This document shows positions 28,731-36,746 of a DNA stretch of 64,000 nt, in pieces. Where the stretch lies: contig JAJZRL010000001.1 in assembly GCA_021802705.1 (NCBI GenBank), positions 20,379 to 84,378 on the forward strand, in the 5' to 3' direction. The translations under genes and the position numbers were made by a program. The DNA is from a bacterium. Lineage in GTDB: Bacteria > Patescibacteriota > Minisyncoccia > Phycocordibacterales > Phycocordibacteraceae. The notes below the pieces were generated by a model. It saw only the letters and a program-made list of their open reading frames with translations. It did no database searches and was not told where the DNA came from. Each line of letters opens with the position of its first letter. The first letter of the stretch is position 1.

Positions 28731-28912
28731 GGTTAAAATTAATAATAAATATTGAGTATATTCTAGCCGACGCGTAAGGAAAACGCTAAAAAATCGACAA
28801 GGGAGCACATGCGTGCTATTCTCGCATCTGGATGTTCCTTGTAGCGTCTGAGGATCATCGTACCTGCCCGAAAGGGTCTCTCTACCACGTTCAAGCAAAA
28901 GGAAGAAGAAGT

Positions 28913-29083
28913 ATGGAAAAGAGGAATTCGCCCGAAAAGAATGAAAATGTCATCGGGGAAAAAGAAAAGGTCTTAGTCATCGACGATAGGATCGGCTTCA
29001 ACGGGAAACCGCGAAAACCGCTCTGTCCGGAAATGCTCAGAGAGTTTGAGAAGATGCTCGCCTGTAAAGATATCCAGACGTGA
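28913..29083 (+). CDS. Small hypothetical protein (56 aa)
   Basis: Purine-rich leader, ATG at 28913, followed by a terminator. Confidence 0.4.
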   Translation: MEKRNSPEKNENVIGEKEKVLVIDDRIGFNGKPRKPLCPEMLREFEKMLACKDIQT

Positions 29084-29094
29084 CGTTATAAACG

Positions 29095-29124
29095 AATCTC
29101 CGCAGATTGCGGGGATTTTTCTTT
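29095..29124 (+). terminator. Intrinsic terminator
   Basis: AATCTCCGCA-GAT-TGCGGGGATT followed by a T-tract. Confidence 0.65.
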
Positions 29125-29251
29125 GCCTCGATGCAACCGATGCCTTTTAGTTTGAAACAAACGTTTGCTCCGGGTAGTATTAAAAAAGAGAGGTGTCGTC
29201 TCTATGGCGGCTGATGATTTGTTCTTTAACTTTCTTTAAAGGAGAGACCTG

Positions 29252-29764
29252 ATGAAGAAACCTGTACCCGTCTTTTGTTTGACTCTAGCTTTGTTTTTGT
29301 CCCCCGGTCCCGCATGGAGTCAGACAAAAAGCGAGAAAGGAAATGCTTCCTGGCTGAAGGGCGTGCGAGCTTCGGCAACGCGCGTCGTTGCGCGATATAG
29401 CGCCACTATCACGGCTTTCGCAAAACGCTATGACATCCCGAGCGAGTGGCTTGGCGGTATCATGCTTGTCGAAAGCTCGGGGGATGCCCGCGTACCAGGC
29501 GGGCTCATGCAAGCCGGAGAAAGCGCCAAGCGCGCCACAGGGATATGGTGCGACACGCGCGATCCCCGCTGCTCGATCGAGATTTCGGCAGCGTACCTGA
29601 GAGAACTCAGAAAGATGTACGGTAACAACTGGCCGCGGATCGTGCTCGCCTACAACAGAGGGCCGGGCGGCGTGCGGAAAGTCAGAGATCCGTATCGACA
29701 CCAGTATCTCAGCCGGTTTACGTATGCGCTTGTCGTGTATAACGATGCATGCGCGCACAGGTAG
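29252..29764 (+). CDS. Secreted lytic transglycosylase (SLT domain)
   Basis: Signal peptide, catalytic VESSG, GLMQ and AYNRG motifs. Confidence 0.85.
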   Translation: MKKPVPVFCLTLALFLSPGPAWSQTKSEKGNASWLKGVRASATRVVARYSATITAFAKRYDIPSEWLGGIMLVESSGDARVPGGLMQAGESAKRATGIWCDTRDPRCSIEISAAYLRELRKMYGNNWPRIVLAYNRGPGGVRKVRDPYRHQYLSRFTYALVVYNDACAHR

Positions 29765-29779
29765 GAAACCGAGGTTCTG

Positions 29780-29805
29780 CCCCCGCATTCCATGCGGGGG
29801 TTTTT
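29780..29805 (+). terminator. Intrinsic terminator
   Basis: CCCCCGCAT-TCC-ATGCGGGGG followed by TTTTT. Confidence 0.7.
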
Positions 29806-29820
29806 CTATACTAAACCCGA

Positions 29821-31047
29821 TCAGTGCCCCGCCATCGGCTGTTCGACCCCGTTAAAGATAGCGGGATTAGCCGGTCCTGTTACATGGAGCACGCCCCAGG
29901 CACCGCGGTCGATGCGCGCGAGCGCGTGATCGACGAGGACATAATTGCCCGGTTCAAGCAGCTTGAAGTCGACGACGGTCGCGCCGCCGGCAGGAACGAG
30001 CGTCGTCTGCACATCGGTCAAAGGCGGACTTGTGAGCGAGCCCTCTTCGTACACATGGTCGAATATCTCGCCGATGACATGGAAGCTCGAGATGAGGTTT
30101 ACCCCGCCATTCCCGAAAAAGATGCGCACCGTCTGCCCCGCTTTCGCCTGCATCGTACTTGTTCCGGTGAGCGCTCCCGTGCGGCCATTGAAAACGATGT
30201 ACTGCGGCGTTCCGGCGAGAAAAGCGTCGGAATCGAATATCTGGAGACCCTGCTGGCCGAGGAGGCCGGTCGTGTAGAACTCGCCCTGCATGACATAGAA
30301 CTCCTTATCGACTTTCGGCAGGCCGCCCTTCGGCTCGACGAGGATGAGGCCGTACTGCCCGTGAGCCATGTGCACCGCCGGATCCGGATTCGCGCAGTGA
30401 TAGACGAAAAGCCCGGGGTGAAGCGCGGTGAAGGTGAGAGTTTTCGTTTCGCCCGGTTTTGCGGAGAGCACGCCGGCCCCGCCGCCCGGGCCGATGACGG
30501 CATGGAAATCGATCGTGTGCGAGTGCAGGCTCGTCGCGTCGTTATGGAATGTCACGACGACCGTATCGCCCTGCATCACTCGCAGGAACGGCCCGGGCAC
30601 GGTACCGTCGAATGTCCAGTAATTCTGGTACACACCGGGCGCAATCTCGCCGATGACCTCCTTCGCGGTGATGCTCACGTGGTCGGTCGTGGTCGCCGTA
30701 CGCGTTATGGGCGGCGGAATGTCATTCGGGTTGCGAGCGATGTCCTTCACCTGTTCGAACTGACCGAAATGCCGGAAGAAGGCGATGATGTTTCCAAACG
30801 GAAGCCCGGGGCTTCCGGCAGGGCCGTAACTGGTGATGAACGAGGTCGAACCGAAACCGCGCGGAAGGCCGTTTGGAACGTAGAAGAAAATAAAGATACC
30901 GATGAAGACCGCGCACAAGAGAAGCGTAATCCGGAGAGAATGGAATCGACGGAGAATGATGAAAAGCAGGGCCGCAGCCGCGCTAAACGCGATTACGAGA
31001 CCGAGCGTCCGAATAAAGACGTACGAGAGGAGAGAAAGAAGGACCAT
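29821..31047 (-). CDS. nirK: Copper-containing nitrite reductase with N-terminal membrane anchor
   Basis: WTFDGTVPGP, HTIDFH, YHCA, SSFHVIGEIFD and YVLVDH motifs of AniA-type NirK. Confidence 0.92.
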   Translation of the reverse strand: MVLLSLLSYVFIRTLGLVIAFSAAAALLFIILRRFHSLRITLLLCAVFIGIFIFFYVPNGLPRGFGSTSFITSYGPAGSPGLPFGNIIAFFRHFGQFEQVKDIARNPNDIPPPITRTATTTDHVSITAKEVIGEIAPGVYQNYWTFDGTVPGPFLRVMQGDTVVVTFHNDATSLHSHTIDFHAVIGPGGGAGVLSAKPGETKTLTFTALHPGLFVYHCANPDPAVHMAHGQYGLILVEPKGGLPKVDKEFYVMQGEFYTTGLLGQQGLQIFDSDAFLAGTPQYIVFNGRTGALTGTSTMQAKAGQTVRIFFGNGGVNLISSFHVIGEIFDHVYEEGSLTSPPLTDVQTTLVPAGGATVVDFKLLEPGNYVLVDHALARIDRGAWGVLHVTGPANPAIFNGVEQPMAGH

Positions 31048-31227
31048 TCTTTTAGTATAGAGTGGATATCAGGTATCGCCGCGCCACGGATGGGATAACT
31101 TCGCCATAAGTTCCTCGGAACCTTCCGGGGCGGGATAGATGCTCGTGGGTTTCTGCGTCCTAGACCCGTCGTTGCTTTACTCTTCAGAAAAGCGTTGTTT
31201 TGACGTGTCTCGGGCGCTAGCACGAGT

Positions 31228-31301
31228 TGGCTGGGGGACTAGGAGTCGAACCTAGATTGAGGGCTTCAAAGGCCCCTGTCCTACCATTAGACGATCCCCC
31301 A
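31228..31301 (-). tRNA. tRNA-Gln(TTG)
   Basis: TGGGGGATCGTCTAATGGTAGGAC..., loop CTTTGAA, encoded CCA. Confidence 0.95.
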
Positions 31302-31324
31302 ATACGTTACGCAACAACACTGTA

Positions 31325-32392
31325 TCACTTGTCTGAAAAGAGTTCGAGAACGGCGAGCTCCAAAGGAAGGGCCGGTATCGGCGCATAGCGAACGTGTTCC
31401 GTGGCGGCGAGGAAGGCAAGAAGCGTCCGGTGGGTGATTCCCTGCTCTTTTTTCGCCTCGACTTCGAGCACGGCAAAATCATCGGTGCCGAGTTCGTCCT
31501 TAAGCGCGGCATGGAGTTCCGGCGCATAGCGAATAAGGAGCGTTGCGCGGAGCGTCTCGATGACAAGCTCAAGGAAGAGCCTCATGTCGACATCGGCGTG
31601 GGATGCCCGTTCGATAATCGCGAGTGCCGCACCCCGATCACCTTCGGAGAGCGCCGCGACAAAAGAGAGCACTTGTTCCCTCTTCGGCGCGCCCGTAAGC
31701 GATTCGACGTCTTCTCGAGAAAGGGCCGCTGGGTTATCTTTCGACACTCCGGACGCCGCGCTTGCTTCTTCAAGCGGGCGGAGCACTTTCTGCAAGACAG
31801 AGAGAGCGTCGCGATACGAGCCTTCCGCGAGAAGTGCGATGAGCTCCGCGGCGTCGCTTGTGAGCGCGTATCCCTCTTTCTTCGCGACAACGGTTACGGT
31901 CTTCGCGAGCACCTGACGCGACGGCTTCCTGAACTCAAACACCTGGCAGCGCGACTGCACTGTCTTTGGGACTTTCTCAAGCTCGGTCGTCGCAAGGATG
32001 AAGACGGCGTATGCGGGAGGCTCTTCGAGCGTCTTTAGAAACGCGTTCCATGCGCTTTTCGAGAGCATGTGCGCCTCGTCGAGAATATATACCTTGTATG
32101 GCGACTCGAACGGCAGCGTATAGACGCCTTCGGTAAGCGAACGGATATCCTCGACGCTGTTGTTGCTCGCCGCGTCGATCTCATAGAGGTCATTCGGGGT
32201 GCAGCCGATCGCCTGAGCGAAGATGCGCGCCACCGACGTCTTTCCAAGGCCTCGCGAACCTGCGAAAAGGTACGCGTGTCCGATGCGTTTCGTCTTCACT
32301 GCATCCTCAAGCGGCGCCGTCACGTGTTCTTGGCCGATGACATCCGAAAACGAAGCGGGGCGATACGCGCGATACAGGGATTGATGCGCCAT
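31325..32392 (-). CDS. dnaX: DNA polymerase III subunit gamma/tau
   Basis: LYRAYRP, GSRGLGKT, EIDAAS, DEAHML, LKTLEEPP and SRCQ motifs. Confidence 0.95.
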   Translation of the reverse strand: MAHQSLYRAYRPASFSDVIGQEHVTAPLEDAVKTKRIGHAYLFAGSRGLGKTSVARIFAQAIGCTPNDLYEIDAASNNSVEDIRSLTEGVYTLPFESPYKVYILDEAHMLSKSAWNAFLKTLEEPPAYAVFILATTELEKVPKTVQSRCQVFEFRKPSRQVLAKTVTVVAKKEGYALTSDAAELIALLAEGSYRDALSVLQKVLRPLEEASAASGVSKDNPAALSREDVESLTGAPKREQVLSFVAALSEGDRGAALAIIERASHADVDMRLFLELVIETLRATLLIRYAPELHAALKDELGTDDFAVLEVEAKKEQGITHRTLLAFLAATEHVRYAPIPALPLELAVLELFSDK

Positions 32393-32462
32393 AGATAGCG
32401 GCACTATAGCACGGGCATGAAAAGAAGGCGGCCGCATCGAGGACGAAGCGGCCGCTTACATT

Positions 32463-33092
32463 TTAAGACAGGAGCGCAAACATGAAGGTTTGCGTGCCTT
32501 CGCACCATTTGAATCCGCACCTTACCGATTCCTTATCATAGACGATGTGCATCCTCTGCGCCCGCGCGATACTCTCCTTGCGAGAGAGCGCACAGCCGAC
32601 TTCCGGATTCCCGAGCGGATAATAATCCGATTGTCGGGCGGGAAGCACATGGACCGTCTCGATCCCCAGTATGCGGCCGAATGAGATAGCGACGCGATAC
32701 AGGAGCCTCTCCCAATGGAGCGGGCGAAGATGTTCCTTTCTCCCCCGCACGCCTTGCACCTGCCGGACGACGAGACGGTTCGACCTGATCTCGAAGCCGA
32801 TAGCGGCGATCGGGATGACCGCTGACCCTTCCCGTGCGCAGAGCACGAACCCGAAGCTGGTTTCCCAGTAGATCTCCGGATGCGGCATGCGCCGGCCAGA
32901 GTTTCTTGCGGCCGAAAAATCAAGCAGGTATCGGCTTGCGTTATGACGATGCGTTTGCGACTTCTTTATGTGTTCTTCGATGAGCGCGTGAAAACCGTCA
33001 GGCGCGCTTCGGGACAGGAAGTCGCGGATTCCCTGTGCCCGCGCGGCAAAACGACGTTCAAAGAAGTTCTGCAGAAGGGCGATAGGATTCAC
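32463..33092 (-). CDS. Hypothetical protein (weak resemblance to VirK/DUF535)
   Basis: GTG start with GGGAG Shine-Dalgarno, AAIGF...VRQVQG segment, downstream GCGGCCGC hairpin. Confidence 0.55.
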   Translation of the reverse strand: MNPIALLQNFFERRFAARAQGIRDFLSRSAPDGFHALIEEHIKKSQTHRHNASRYLLDFSAARNSGRRMPHPEIYWETSFGFVLCAREGSAVIPIAAIGFEIRSNRLVVRQVQGVRGRKEHLRPLHWERLLYRVAISFGRILGIETVHVLPARQSDYYPLGNPEVGCALSRKESIARAQRMHIVYDKESVRCGFKWCEGTQTFMFALLS

Positions 33093-33242
33093 AGGATTCT
33101 CCCAGAGTTTTTCCGAAGCTAGTGTGCTACAAACGAATTTTTTGTCAACATGCCCTCAAGGGCTCGTTTCGTTCTCTCCAGACGCTTCAGTCTGTATTCG
33201 ACGGTCCGGCACACAGGTTCTTGGACGAAAGTTTCCAATTCT

Positions 33243-33782
33243 TCATGAGGTTGATTGCCTGTTCATGATTCCATAGTGCTTCACGTTTATTCGAACCCCT
33301 TTCTTTACCCGGGCGGATACGAAAAGCCCATCCTGGGTGAAACCGACACCCTCGAGCACTTTGGCGATGCCGATGTTGCCCGCCTCTGCCTCAGCGCTCA
33401 CACGCATGAGGCCAAGGGTATCGAAGGCGTAGTCGACAATTGCGCGCACGACCTCGGTCGCCGCACCTTTGCCCCACCAGGTCTTGTCGCCGATGACGAT
33501 GCCTATCTCCGCAATCTTGTGATACTCGTTTATGTCGGTGAGCGCCACCGTGCCGATGGTCTCACCAGTTTTCGTTTCGATCGACCAGTAGCGGCCTTCT
33601 TCATCGGCTTCGCATTCTTTAATGTATGCGTACTGTCCGGCGATATCCTGCGACTCGTTCATCGGCTCGGGCATGTGCTCCTGCACCGCTTCGTCCACGT
33701 CCCACTTCTGCCAGAGCTCCGCGTCCGACTCTTTGAAGGGACGGATGAGATAATGCTCGGTCTCAAGGATCGGCGATTTCAT
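33243..33782 (-). CDS. GNAT N-acetyltransferase, RimJ/RimL family
   Basis: ILETEHYLIRP, AEIGIVIG, WGKGAATE and N..IAKVLEGVGF motifs; TGnTATACT 6 nt before ATG. Confidence 0.9.
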   Translation of the reverse strand: MKSPILETEHYLIRPFKESDAELWQKWDVDEAVQEHMPEPMNESQDIAGQYAYIKECEADEEGRYWSIETKTGETIGTVALTDINEYHKIAEIGIVIGDKTWWGKGAATEVVRAIVDYAFDTLGLMRVSAEAEAGNIGIAKVLEGVGFTQDGLFVSARVKKGVRINVKHYGIMNRQSTS

Positions 33783-33813
33783 GAGGTGAGTATAGCAAAC
33801 ATCGGTCACGCTG

Positions 33814-34068
33814 ATGTTAGAGTACCGTCATGAAGATAAGACCGGTAAAACAGAAAGACGATACGGCCTGCGGCCCGACTTCCATTCTTATGGCCAGCCG
33901 TTATTTGGGTACGAAACTCATCTTCGAAGAGATGAGGACAGTATAACGCTCTCAGAGCCAGAGACAGGCAGGCTGGTCACCTTAGAAAAGATGAAGTTCA
34001 TATGGCTTTGGATGAGTTACGACGATATGTGGTATCCGGAGAAGGATACCGATATCAAACTGCGATAG
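33814..34068 (+). CDS. Small hypothetical protein
   Basis: 84-aa ORF filling the gap between the GNAT and a terminator; no motif. Confidence 0.35.
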   Translation: MLEYRHEDKTGKTERRYGLRPDFHSYGQPLFGYETHLRRDEDSITLSEPETGRLVTLEKMKFIWLWMSYDDMWYPEKDTDIKLR

Positions 34069-34080
34069 ATGTGTGTACTG

Positions 34081-34121
34081 AAAAAGAAAAAGCTCAAGTA
34101 GGCGTTAACCTTCTTGAGCTT
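34081..34121 (-). terminator. Intrinsic terminator closing the ThiF-arginase operon
   Basis: AAGCTCAAG...CTTGAGCTT stem with a long A-tract on the left. Confidence 0.7.
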
Positions 34122-34134
34122 CAGAGCGACAATA

Positions 34135-35376
34135 CTAGCCGTGGATGTATGCTAGCAAAGCCATGAGAACATGGAACACCAGACTGCTGGTTATGTCTCG
34201 ATGATCCTGGTCTGGGCACAATTCCACAATGTCAATACCGATTACCTCATTGTGTAGGCACACAGCTTCGAAAAGCCGCAACAACTGGCGTGGTTGCATG
34301 CCCATGGGAACGGGAGTGCCGGTTCCCGGCGCGTAGACGGGATCAAGAACGTCTACGTCCAGCGAGATATAGCACTTCTTTCCCACCGGAAGACTTGCGA
34401 CGACCTGTGCCCAGCTGCTCTCGATCTCGGCTTGCATAACGGTCGTGCATCGATTGTTTTCTTCCGGCGTCCCGGGAAAACCCCGTATGCCAAGCTGAAC
34501 GATCGTATGCGTTTGGCATGTATGCAACATCCGCCGCATCACGTTGCCATGGTGGTGAGTGGTCCCAGGAATCCATTCCCCGAGGTCGGTATGGGCATCG
34601 AAATGCACCACAACCGTCTCTCCACCGTGCACACTCGCGCAGCCAGCGATAGCCGGCTCAGAGATGGAATGATCACCACCGACACAAACCGGGATGCCGC
34701 CTCTCTTGCAAATTTCCGCAGTCGCACGCTTTATGCGAGAAAAGAATCGCTCCGGAGATTCTCCAAGGATGTGAGAAACGTTCCCCACGTCCACGAACTG
34801 ACTACCCACAAGCGTCATGCGGCCTAGTTCTGCGTTGAACCAGCCACGATTAGCGCGCGTGAAGATGCCGCGATCATAGGTCAGGAAACGACCCGAGATT
34901 TCCCGGAGCTTGTTCGGTCCTAGTTTCGCGCCTGATTTGCCGGTAGTACCGAAGTCCACTCCGGCCCCACAGAACACGAACGCGCCAGGAACCACCTCTT
35001 CCAACTTACCCGAAGGGCAGCAAACGAAGGTCAGTGGCTGAACTGCGACCACATCGCTATCCGCCAGTTCCTGAGAACGTGCCAGCAACGAATCCTTCTC
35101 GCCGCTCCAACAGAGGACCGACTGCATAATCAACTCATCGACATATACTGCAATCGATCGTTGATCTGCTTGATCCTCAATCCCGAGCGCGCAGTATAGC
35201 TCGTCCAAGGTGATTGGGGTCTGGCACATCCGTAACAGATATAGCGCTTGTTCGTTTACAGATACTCGTGTGCCAGCAATACTATTGAAGATGACCTGTT
35301 CGCCGATTTTTGCATCGTACGATTCAAGTGCCAAGTGAGCTGAGAGCTCAAACGTGCGTGACGTTCGGTTGTCCAT
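34135..35376 (-). CDS. Arginase/agmatinase-family ureohydrolase with N-terminal RRE-like domain (candidate peptide arginase)
   Basis: GGDHS, HFDAHTD, HHGN, SLDVDVLDP, APGTGTP and ELCP metal motifs; about 90 extra N-terminal residues; GAGGAG Shine-Dalgarno. Confidence 0.88.
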   Translation of the reverse strand: MDNRTSRTFELSAHLALESYDAKIGEQVIFNSIAGTRVSVNEQALYLLRMCQTPITLDELYCALGIEDQADQRSIAVYVDELIMQSVLCWSGEKDSLLARSQELADSDVVAVQPLTFVCCPSGKLEEVVPGAFVFCGAGVDFGTTGKSGAKLGPNKLREISGRFLTYDRGIFTRANRGWFNAELGRMTLVGSQFVDVGNVSHILGESPERFFSRIKRATAEICKRGGIPVCVGGDHSISEPAIAGCASVHGGETVVVHFDAHTDLGEWIPGTTHHHGNVMRRMLHTCQTHTIVQLGIRGFPGTPEENNRCTTVMQAEIESSWAQVVASLPVGKKCYISLDVDVLDPVYAPGTGTPVPMGMQPRQLLRLFEAVCLHNEVIGIDIVELCPDQDHRDITSSLVFHVLMALLAYIHG

Positions 35377-36463
35377 CGGTAATCTCCTCATCTGATTGCG
35401 TGCCGCAGACGGCACAGTCGTGACGTTTGCGGTATGCCCGCAGGTGCAGGCCATAGGTCAGAAAGTCGACTTCCGCTGCCTGGTTAATCAGGGTCGGCGG
35501 AGCGAAACCTGTCATGACCTTGAGCGCTTCTATGACATGGTAGTTCGCGATAATGGCACTGATTGCCCCCAGATTCCCGCCCTTTATTTGGGCGGGAGTG
35601 ACCTGTAGGTGTATATACCCCGCAGAACGTAGTTGATGCTCGAGCGTATGCTCATAACACAACCAGCACCCTGACCGTTTTGGAACGATAGTCGGGCCGA
35701 TAAACCCTAAGTGACCATCGTATCCGCCACACAAGATGTGTGGAATCCCTCTTGGATAACATGCTCTGGAAACGATACGGTTTATCTCGTCCGTCCCGGG
35801 TTCATCAGCACAGCAAATCACAAGATCGGCACCTGTGGCTACCTCCGAGCAAGCTTGAAGAGAATCCACCAGACGATGCACCTGCTCCACCTCAAGCGCC
35901 GGATCGACGAGCCGCAATTTCTGAGCAAGCATCTCTGCCTTAGGCAGGCCGATACAGGCTATGTCGTATAGGCATTGCCTGTTTAGGTTCGCTAACTCGA
36001 CCACATCATTGTCCACTAGCGTCAGCTTCTTTACCCCTGCCAGCACTAGACCGTATGCGACCCAACTGCCGATACCGCCAAGACCGATGATAGCTACGTG
36101 AGAAGCATCTATCGCCTCTTGCATGTCGGGACTTTCGTCGTTTGCAAACCCGGCAAGAAAATTCGCTTGGGTCGCAAAGCGGGTTCCCTCATAGCGATCG
36201 TAGATACGGTCACGTGTACGCAGCAATTTCTGGTCGTACAATAGTGCCGCCAAGCCACTTACGGACGCTTCGCTCACGCCAATCGCCGTTGATATATCGG
36301 CTATCGTGTGAGTTCCGTCGAACATCCGGACGCATCGCAGCGTATGCGCATCAACCTCGAAAGGCATGATCACACTGCTGCTTTCGACCAGGAAGTTGAG
36401 TTCATATCCACCTGCCAACGGCCGATACAGGACGGATATGCCATCTCTAATGGCAGGTTTCAT
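35348..36463 (-). CDS. ThiF/MoeB/HesA (MccB-like) adenylyltransferase with N-terminal RRE-like domain
   Basis: GLGGIG, DNDVVELANLNRQ, Zn pairs CWLC and CAVC, N-terminal FDGTHT winged-helix-like segment. Confidence 0.9.
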   Translation of the reverse strand: MKPAIRDGISVLYRPLAGGYELNFLVESSSVIMPFEVDAHTLRCVRMFDGTHTIADISTAIGVSEASVSGLAALLYDQKLLRTRDRIYDRYEGTRFATQANFLAGFANDESPDMQEAIDASHVAIIGLGGIGSWVAYGLVLAGVKKLTLVDNDVVELANLNRQCLYDIACIGLPKAEMLAQKLRLVDPALEVEQVHRLVDSLQACSEVATGADLVICCADEPGTDEINRIVSRACYPRGIPHILCGGYDGHLGFIGPTIVPKRSGCWLCYEHTLEHQLRSAGYIHLQVTPAQIKGGNLGAISAIIANYHVIEALKVMTGFAPPTLINQAAEVDFLTYGLHLRAYRKRHDCAVCGTQSDEEITDGQPNVTHV

Positions 36464-36486
36464 GAGACTCTCCTTTCAGACGTGAA

Positions 36487-36511
36487 AGGGGATCGCTCGC
36501 GCAATCCCCCT
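36487..36511 (-). promoter_or_regulatory. Stem-loop between precursor and ThiF genes
   Basis: On minus, GGGGATTGC-GCGA-GCGATCCCC followed by TTTC. Confidence 0.6.
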
Positions 36512-36530
36512 AGTTGTAACCGACCTGAGA

Positions 36531-36686
36531 TTAGGCGCGGCGGTGACGGAGACCCCGCATGTATGCGTCGTCGGAACGACGCGCCAACGGGGTGATTTTC
36601 AGCTCAGCGACCTTGAACTTGAAGGGTTGCTGATTGGCGCTGGTGCTGGGCTTCTGATTCCCGGCGTTTGCGGTTGCGGTGTGCAT
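36531..36686 (-). CDS. Candidate RiPP precursor peptide (51 aa)
   Basis: GGAGA Shine-Dalgarno 5 nt before ATG; MHTATANAGNQKPSTSANQQPFKFKVAELKITPLARRSDDAYMRGLRHRRA; directly upstream of the ThiF and arginase genes. Confidence 0.75.
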   Translation of the reverse strand: MHTATANAGNQKPSTSANQQPFKFKVAELKITPLARRSDDAYMRGLRHRRA

Positions 36687-36746
36687 ATTCATCTCCATGA
36701 TTGACGTCAACGAACGGATAAGAACCATTTCCTATCCACAAGAAAT

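Noticed and set aside
24611-29764. Prophage lysis module (holin-like gene plus transglycosylase)
   Set aside because: The genes are 4 kb apart on opposite strands, both families have cellular members, and no phage structural or integrase genes are present.
5734-31047. NMO-to-NirK nitrite pathway
   Set aside because: The genes are about 23 kb apart with no shared regulation visible, and NMO-family substrate cannot be inferred from sequence.
31085-31227. SRP RNA (ffs) near dnaX
   Set aside because: The conserved SRP domain IV motif (CAGG...GGAA...AGCAG) was not found on either strand.
34135-36463. Reading the pair as housekeeping MoeB/ThiF plus agmatinase SpeB
   Set aside because: No ThiS/MoaD partner or polyamine genes nearby, both enzymes have RRE-like extensions, and a peptide gene leads the operon.
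36531-36560. Microcin C-type heptapeptide starting at the internal Met (MRGLRHRRA)
   Set aside because: No C-terminal Asn and no Shine-Dalgarno before this Met; the 51-aa ORF has a good one.
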